Assembly (NCBI GenBank): GCA_031400955.1
Contig: JANNQW010000167.1
Location: 1 to 51,915, forward strand
Length of the DNA: 51,915 nt
Origin: Verrucomicrobiota bacterium
GTDB taxonomy: Bacteria > Verrucomicrobiota > Verrucomicrobiia > Verrucomicrobiales > Verrucomicrobiaceae
Reading direction: 5' to 3'
The notes under the pieces are model-generated. The model saw only the letters and a list, made by a program, of their open reading frames with translations, was not told where the DNA came from and ran no database searches. Made by a program: the position numbers and the translations under genes. Positions 47,006 through 51,915 of the stretch are shown piece by piece. How positions within the stretch are numbered: position 1 is the stretch's first letter; every line of letters starts with the position of its first letter.

Positions 47006-47935
47006 TCAATTCTTGATTTCTTTTGCCGCCTGAGCCAGCCCATCCTCGTAGGCCTTGATGGATGCGGCCCGGACCAGATCATTGAAAGCGGCATAACCAT
47101 ACCGGGCTCGGAAAATCTGGTCGGCCAACCACTGCGCGTCCCTCCATTTCTTTTCATAAGCAGGGTCGGCAGGATCTTGGTTGGGCCCGCCAATGTCCTT
47201 AACGAATTGACTCTGCATTTCTTGAATGGATGCAATCTGCTCCGGAGTCGCTTGAACCACTCCCGGTTCAGCATACCGGGGACCGGTCCCGCCTGTTGGG
47301 CTGCCGGGGCTTTGGCCGTTTCCGTCGGATACCGGCTTGAATTTCAACCCCGCCATGATCGCCGGATAACGGACGGGCGGAGCGGCGCTGCCCGGATCGG
47401 TTTCCGCAGCTCCGCGCTCCCGCCCCTCGGACGGTGCATTCCGCATCAGGAGATTTGCGTTGTCGGCAATATCTTTGTCCAGCTTGCGCAGTTGCGAAGC
47501 TAGGTAATCACGACGGGTCACCCCTGACGGCGGCCGCCACGAGGTCGATCGCATGATCGTCGTTTCAAGTTCTTTGCGCCGATCTGCGGCATTGGCCAGC
47601 AGTTCGCCACGGATGATATCAAGAATCGTGGTCTCCGGACAGCCGATCTGTCGCAGACGTGAGATGAATGCTGAGTAATCCTCGGACTCCAGGCTGCTCC
47701 ACTGGAACGGCTTCGGCTCTGCTGAACGCAAATCTGGCTTTGGTTGGTCATTTCTGGCCGCCATGGGTGCAACAACCGCTGGGGCCGGGTCGGCGGCAGG
47801 CGGCACGAGACGGGGGCCGTGCAACAGCAGTCCTGCCACCATCGCGCCTGCATTGAGCATGAGTGAAATCGCCAGCAGAACAGAGGCTGGACGAAGTTTA
47901 TTTTTGGCTGTGTGCGAGGGATTCATAATCGGCAT
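47006..47935 (-). CDS. Membrane-anchored hypothetical protein
   Basis: N-terminal TM (ASVLLAISLMLNAGAMVAGLLL), a Pro/Ala-rich linker and a soluble region with FQWSSLESEDYSAFISRLRQIGCPETTILDII. No family recognised. It ends 56 nt upstream of the tpsA start. Confidence 0.6.
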   Translation of the reverse strand: MPIMNPSHTAKNKLRPASVLLAISLMLNAGAMVAGLLLHGPRLVPPAADPAPAVVAPMAARNDQPKPDLRSAEPKPFQWSSLESEDYSAFISRLRQIGCPETTILDIIRGELLANAADRRKELETTIMRSTSWRPPSGVTRRDYLASQLRKLDKDIADNANLLMRNAPSEGRERGAAETDPGSAAPPVRYPAIMAGLKFKPVSDGNGQSPGSPTGGTGPRYAEPGVVQATPEQIASIQEMQSQFVKDIGGPNQDPADPAYEKKWRDAQWLADQIFRARYGYAAFNDLVRAASIKAYEDGLAQAAKEIKN

Positions 47936-47961
47936 GGATACGAGTCGTTATTAAATGCGAA

Positions 47962-47990
47962 GGCTGATGCGGGCATAACCCGCATCAGCC
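47962..47990 (-). terminator. Strong 12-bp GC hairpin between the PBP-like gene and the downstream gene
   Basis: ggctgatgcggg-cataa-cccgcatcagcc is a perfect stem. The T-tract on the minus strand is poor, so it could be a terminator, an attenuator or an RNA-stability element. Confidence 0.45.
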
Positions 47991-48023
47991 GCAGTTCTTA
48001 AGTGAGAAGCAATTCCTTTATGA

Positions 48024-49313
48024 TCAATATAGCGGCGTGATGTTACCGCCGTCGGCAAGACGCTCGACCTGCATCAGGGACTTCTTCAAGCCCGAGGAAC
48101 CTGGGAAGTCGTCAAGATTGGTTGCGAGACCGGCCGCGAGAAGCACAGCGCCGGCAGGAGCATCATCGCGGTGCATCATGTGAAGGTAACCCCAAAGGGA
48201 ATATCTGCCTTCATAGACGGCGGTAGCCGAGTAGGTGACACCGTTGTATTGGCACTCCACTGCGCCATTGGTCAGGGCGGTAGCGCCGTCGCTGAGGCCG
48301 ATGTAACCAAGCACATAGCAAGGGGTCTTTCCGCCCACGGTGAGACCGCTGGTGTGGGCAGCCACATAACCGGCCACCGAACTGCCGCTGGAGGCACCGT
48401 TGTTGCCGATAGCGGTGGCAGTCGCGGCATTTTGGCCGCAACGAACACTGCTGATGGCACCTGTCGAGTTCACGTCCATCGTGAACTGGGTGGTGCTGTT
48501 CACCACGGACACCGTGGCGCCCACGGGGATATTGGTGCCGGTGATGGGCTGGCCTACGATCAGCGTTGTGCCGAGGACGGTATGATCGACGACCGCGGTG
48601 CCCGCAGTATGCACAATCCCCGAGATGCTCTGGTTGGAGCCCGTGGTGTTCGGGGTGTATTGCGTCACGCTGGAGAACGCACCGACGCCGACTTCAGCCA
48701 TGGTAGTGATGCGGGTGCCGGAGCCGTTGTCGCGACCGGAGCCAATCACACCTTTGCCGTGGTCAGCATTGAGGCCCGTGAAGAGCGCCAGGGGCTGAAC
48801 ATTGCCTTGGAACAGCACTTGTGCGAGCTGCGGAGTGACGTTGGTGATCGGCGATCCTTCGCTCGTCATGAACTTGAAGGGCAAGACGACGGTCGTAGCG
48901 TCTGTCAAGGTTGGCGACTGGAAGTTGGTCGAACTCTGGAACACGTCCGAAAACGCGATGTCAGCCACGTGATTCAGTGCCGTGGGGGTGCCGTAGGTGC
49001 CGCCGTCGATCTCGGCCATGAAGACCACGTTCGCTTGGGAGGTCACGCTTTGCACGCCTGCTGCGGAACCCGACCAAGAGCAATAGACGTTGTAAGTGTC
49101 CGAGTTATAGGTGCCGCCCGTGAAGTTGGCCTTGTTGGCGCTGTTGAGGGTGGCATTGTCCTTAGTGACGGTTTCACCGGTCAACATTTGCGCGAGCGAA
49201 TCAAAGACCGACGCCCGGCCGGCTGTGGAGCCGGTGATATAGACGTCGTAGGTGGCAGCTTGGACGGCCGAGGCGAGACCAAGCGTGAGGATGAGGAGAT
49301 GACGGAGTTTCAT
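48024..49313 (-). CDS. Secreted protein with PstS-like type-2 periplasmic-binding-protein fold (PBP_like_2-type), ligand unknown
   Basis: Signal peptide MKLRHLLILTLGLASAVQA. The order of motifs is YITGSTAG…, WSGSAAGVQSV, DIAFSDV, NVTPQLAQVLFQG and GSGRDNGSGTRITT, which mirrors the GST/GSG/…/SGT pattern of phosphate-binding-protein-like domains. Confidence 0.5.
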   Translation of the reverse strand: MKLRHLLILTLGLASAVQAATYDVYITGSTAGRASVFDSLAQMLTGETVTKDNATLNSANKANFTGGTYNSDTYNVYCSWSGSAAGVQSVTSQANVVFMAEIDGGTYGTPTALNHVADIAFSDVFQSSTNFQSPTLTDATTVVLPFKFMTSEGSPITNVTPQLAQVLFQGNVQPLALFTGLNADHGKGVIGSGRDNGSGTRITTMAEVGVGAFSSVTQYTPNTTGSNQSISGIVHTAGTAVVDHTVLGTTLIVGQPITGTNIPVGATVSVVNSTTQFTMDVNSTGAISSVRCGQNAATATAIGNNGASSGSSVAGYVAAHTSGLTVGGKTPCYVLGYIGLSDGATALTNGAVECQYNGVTYSATAVYEGRYSLWGYLHMMHRDDAPAGAVLLAAGLATNLDDFPGSSGLKKSLMQVERLADGGNITPLY

Positions 49314-49391
49314 GATGTTTTTAAGGATGAATGAGGTTTTTGTTTTTTAATTAGAGCACATTTTTGAATGCTGATATGGAGTCAACTAGAA

Positions 49392-50216
49392 TTAAGCACG
49401 GGCCGCACGGCGGCGGCGCAGGAAGAGGGAACCGAGGCCGAAGGCGAGCAGCAGTGCACGGCTGGGCTCTGGAACTGCGGCGACGTTGAAAGTGACGTTG
49501 CCGCTGCTGTCGATGTCAAAGTAGCCTTCATTGGTGACGCCGACCGTGGTGCCACTTCCCGCTTCGAGACGGAAAAGGTCCAAGCGGTTGTTCACTAAGC
49601 CCGAGGCATCGCCGCCCTGGATTTGGGAGGGTGAGAAGACACCAAAAGCCAAGTTTGAGCGACCGAGTCCGGTCATCGCGTCGGTCCAGTCGGCCTCTGC
49701 CGAATTGAGAACGCTGTTGTCCCAGATTGCCGCGAAGGCGTTTCCGCCCGCCTCAGTCTGAAGCGCAAACTGGCTCTGTAGAGTTTGCTGGCGGGTGGCC
49801 ACCAGTGCGCGACTGGATGAACTGACGCTGTAGGCCGTGGCTGGCGTTGCCAAGACGGTTCTCTCTTTCGAGGCATAGAATGTTCCGGAGGTGTCCCCGC
49901 TGAACGAGTTGCCGTCGTTGGAAGGATTGCCGATGACAGCCCAGAGCAGGGCGCTATCGGTGGCCCAACCGGCACCAAAATTTGTCGTGAGCAGCGATCC
50001 GAGGTTGCCCTCGACCACGTTGACGTTGGACGCCGCATCACGGTAGGTTCCAGCTTGGCCAATGTTGAGCACGACATCCGTGCTGACCACGGACTTGCGG
50101 AATCCAATGAGGATGTCCCCCTGCGTGTAGGTCACCACCGCCTGAGCGGATGGTCCAGCGAGGCTCAGCGCGACAAATGCCGCAGCGGCCAGTGTAGATT
50201 TGATTGTGTTTTTCAT
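49392..50216 (-). CDS. PEP-CTERM sorting-domain protein
   Basis: Signal peptide MKNTIKSTLAAAAFVALSLAGPSAQA (start moved to the ATG at 50216). The C-terminus VPEPSRALLLAFGLGSLFLRRRRAARA has the canonical PEP motif, a TM helix and an Arg cluster. Confidence 0.85.
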   Translation of the reverse strand: MKNTIKSTLAAAAFVALSLAGPSAQAVVTYTQGDILIGFRKSVVSTDVVLNIGQAGTYRDAASNVNVVEGNLGSLLTTNFGAGWATDSALLWAVIGNPSNDGNSFSGDTSGTFYASKERTVLATPATAYSVSSSSRALVATRQQTLQSQFALQTEAGGNAFAAIWDNSVLNSAEADWTDAMTGLGRSNLAFGVFSPSQIQGGDASGLVNNRLDLFRLEAGSGTTVGVTNEGYFDIDSSGNVTFNVAAVPEPSRALLLAFGLGSLFLRRRRAARA

Positions 50217-50642
50217 TTTGTTAGTTTTGAGGATGAGATATTTCTGGAGTTGTCTTTTTCTGTTTTGTCTGGGGAGAATGAATCTAAAACGTTTTTGATT
50301 TGGTATCGGGCACGGCGCTGTTTTAGGTGCTGCCTCGCCGGTTGGCAAGGATTCCGATGTTACGATTCCGCCGCATGATCCAGGGTGCTGTTGGCACCGG
50401 TAAGATCAGAAGCGGTAGAGGCCACAGATGCCCTCGTGGCAACCAAGCGAACCCCTGCAAAGAGGATCACTGGGGCGCTGGAGGAAAGTGTGGATCTCAT
50501 TTTGAAATTTTCAGGGGTTTGGTTTCAGGTTGTTGTCTGGGGCGCACCGTCGCCGGAGTGTTGATTCCGGTTTCGATGCGCGCCATTATTTGCAGAGCGC
50601 CGTGATGAGAGCGAATCCTTTGCGGTTACGATTCTGTCACCT

Positions 50643-50796
50643 GCAGAAGGCAGAAGGCAGGAGGCAGGAGGCAGAAGGCAGGAGGCAGAAGGCAGAAGGC
50701 AGAAGGCAGGAGGCAGGAGGCAGGAGGCAGGAGGCAGGAGGCAGGAGGCAGAAGGCAGGAGGCAGGAGGCAGAAGGCGGAAGGCGGAAGGCGGATG
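50643..50796. repeat. Heptanucleotide tandem array, 22 units of GCAGRAG (last three degenerate: GCGGAAG x2, GCGGATG)
   Basis: Counted directly. Units start at 50643 with period 7. Unit order (A = GCAGAAG, G = GCAGGAG) is A A G G A G A A A G G G G G G A G G A, then the three degenerate units. Confidence 0.95.
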
Positions 50797-50898
50797 GCTA
50801 ATAGACTGAAAGTCATGCGCTTACGTGCTGATTAAGCGCTTGCCTGGAAGGTTTATTTTGGGGAAATTACTTAGCTATTCTGGCCGAGGGTGCGAGGA

Positions 50899-50996
50899 GG
50901 TTCGCTTCGCAGGTGCACACCAGCCTGTCGCTCCCTCTGGATTCAGTCAAGATGCCTGAAATTCACAACGGCTGGTGCGCAGCCGCGAAGCGAACC
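50899..50996. repeat. 27-nt imperfect inverted repeat (24/27) with a 44-nt spacer
   Basis: ggttcgcttcgcaggtgcacaccagcc (50899-50925) against the reverse complement of ggctggtgcgcagccgcgaagcgaacc (50970-50996). Confidence 0.7.
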
Positions 50997-51024
50997 CTGT
51001 GTTCTTTCTCATGGCAAAATACCC

Positions 51025-51053
51025 TTGACGACAATCTCATGTTGACATTAGAT
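51025..51053 (+). promoter_or_regulatory. Possible sigma70-like promoter for the vapBC pair (leaderless or very short leader)
   Basis: ttgacg, then 17 nt, then ttagat, ending 7 nt before the ATG at 51061. A second ttgaca lies inside the spacer and may be an operator half-site. Pattern match only. Confidence 0.3.
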
Positions 51054-51060
51054 TGTGGTC

Positions 51061-51321
51061 ATGACTAGAACACAAATACAACTGCCAGAACCTCTTTTTG
51101 GCCGGCTTCGCAGCATCGCTCAAGCACGTGACATCTCCGTGGCGGAGGTGATCCGTCGGGGCATGGAAATTTACGCCATGAGCTGCCCGGAGACAGTGCC
51201 TGCTGGCACAGTCTGGGAAATGCCAGTTCTAAGAGGCAGTGGCGGGCATCTCATCGATCCTTCTTCCGTGAAAGGGGAGGCTCTGGCCATTGAAAACCGT
51301 TTCAAAAGGAATCAGCCATGA
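51061..51321 (+). CDS. vapB: Ribbon-helix-helix (CopG/VapB-type) antitoxin
   Basis: TRTQIQLPEPLFGRLRSIAQARDISVAEVIRRGMEIY is a typical RHH fold pattern. The stop overlaps the start of the PIN gene (ATGA). Confidence 0.7.
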   Translation: MTRTQIQLPEPLFGRLRSIAQARDISVAEVIRRGMEIYAMSCPETVPAGTVWEMPVLRGSGGHLIDPSSVKGEALAIENRFKRNQP

Positions 51322-51755
51322 TCACCGCTGACACGAATATCTTCATCCACGCTGCTGATCCAGATTCGCTGAATCATAAGAAGGCCCGTGAATTTTTTTC
51401 GGAGCTGGCCTCATGGGAGGATGAGTTTGTCGTCTGCGAATTAGTGCTGGTAGAACTCTATATGCAGTTGCGCAATGGGGCTATTTTTGTGAAACCCTAT
51501 TCCGCCCGCGAAGCGGCTGACTACTGCCAGGCCATGAAAGCCAATCCGCTTTGGCGCTGCGTGGACTACGATCCGAGGGTCTCCTCCCGTTTGTGGAAAT
51601 GGACTGCCGAGACCAAGGCTGGATTTCGACAAATCATCGACGCCCGGCTGGCTCTCACCTTGCGGCATCATGGCGTTACCAAGCTGGCCACAGCGAATGT
51701 GAAAGACTTCAAAAGCTTCGGGTTCGAGAAGGTATGGAATCCCTTGCTGCCATGA
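51318..51755 (+). CDS. vapC: PIN-domain toxin (VapC-type ribonuclease)
   Basis: ITADTNIFIHAADP (first acidic residue), VCELVLVELY (conserved Glu) and IIDARLALTLRHHGVTKLATANVKDF (C-terminal acidic residues) are in the order expected of PIN domains. Confidence 0.8.
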   Translation: MITADTNIFIHAADPDSLNHKKAREFFSELASWEDEFVVCELVLVELYMQLRNGAIFVKPYSAREAADYCQAMKANPLWRCVDYDPRVSSRLWKWTAETKAGFRQIIDARLALTLRHHGVTKLATANVKDFKSFGFEKVWNPLLP

Positions 51756-51810
51756 GCACAACGCGCCATGTAATACCACGAGCAGTTGAAAACAGAATCA
51801 TTCTTTCTGC

Positions 51811-51892
51811 GCGACCCGGAGGGTCGCAAGAACATAGCCGGTGGTGACAACCACCGGCTTATGGTTGGGCCATGTGCGCTCCAGCGGAGCGC
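51811..51892. repeat. Three consecutive short perfect GC-rich hairpins near the window end
   Basis: gcgaccc-gga-gggtcgc (51811-51827), agccggtgg-tgacaa-ccaccggct (51836-51859) and gcgctcc-agc-ggagcgc (51876-51892). Confidence 0.6.
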
Positions 51893-51915
51893 GAGAACGA
51901 TGCTTTCCACATTAC

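Noticed and set aside
35354-47503. Many long plus-strand ORFs antisense to tpsA (e.g. 36739-37704, 38050-38754, 40141-41190, 40532-41515, 41776-42963, 45949-46911, 46358-47503)
   Set aside because: They lie entirely inside or opposite the giant minus-strand gene. Their composition is Arg/Gly/Ala/Pro-rich and low-complexity, as expected of frame shadows in GC-rich DNA. No recognisable motifs.
50360-50500. 46-codon minus-strand ORF (MRSTLSSSAPVILFAGVRLVATRASVAS…) upstream of the PEP-CTERM gene
   Set aside because: It is too short and has no recognisable SD or motif. It could be a leader peptide, but there is no support beyond an open frame.
50643-50796. CRISPR array
   Set aside because: The period is 7 nt with no spacers, and no cas genes are in the window. 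The MITE-like pair (30084/31321) is only two copies ~1 kb apart and does not fit either.
50530-50835. 101-aa ORF translating to …[27 protein letters not shown]…
   Set aside because: The peptide periodicity is just the 7-nt array read in three phases (21 nt gives 7 aa). There is no start context or flanking coding signal. I treat it as a DNA repeat, not a gene.
51811-51892. tRNA or tRNA-like gene in the hairpin cluster; tRNA genes elsewhere
   Set aside because: The loops are 3-6 nt and the stems do not form a cloverleaf. I found no GTTCGAATC-type T-loop anywhere in the window by eye.

Overview
GC-rich (about 60% by eye) chromosomal segment of a diderm bacterium, shown by LptD, TonB/ExbBD, OM beta-barrels and a PEP-CTERM sorting signal. 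The gene content gives a Verrucomicrobia/PVC-like impression, which is unverified. The left ~22 kb holds mostly housekeeping genes on both strands: PPK2, an aminotransferase with an Lrp regulator, 6-phosphofructokinase, an S11 carboxypeptidase-like protein, LptD, an O-antigen-ligase-like protein, UDP-glucose 6-dehydrogenase, two SPFH proteins, RsmB and an M16 peptidase. This part is interrupted by a decayed IS3-family transposase remnant and a ParE-type toxin-antitoxin pair. The right ~28 kb (22.4-50.2 kb, all on the minus strand) is an accessory locus dominated by a ~3,900-aa filamentous-haemagglutinin-type TpsA exoprotein. Downstream of it lie a double FGE-sulfatase-domain protein, a TPR-like protein and a DUF3592-like cassette bracketed by two MITE-like direct repeats. 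A tightly packed operon follows: TpsB, DUF2341/LamG-ExbB, ExbD, TonB, porin, coiled-coil protein. Upstream of tpsA lie a membrane-anchored unknown, a PstS-like PBP-fold secreted protein and a PEP-CTERM protein. The coupling of a two-partner secretion system to a private Ton-like motor is the main candidate for a mechanistically unexplained system. Other oddities are a perfect 105-bp palindrome at the window start, a 22-copy heptanucleotide array, several structured intergenic repeats and a VapBC pair at the right edge. I saw no rRNA, tRNA or CRISPR array. All family assignments come from reading motifs in the supplied translations, and no database search was run.
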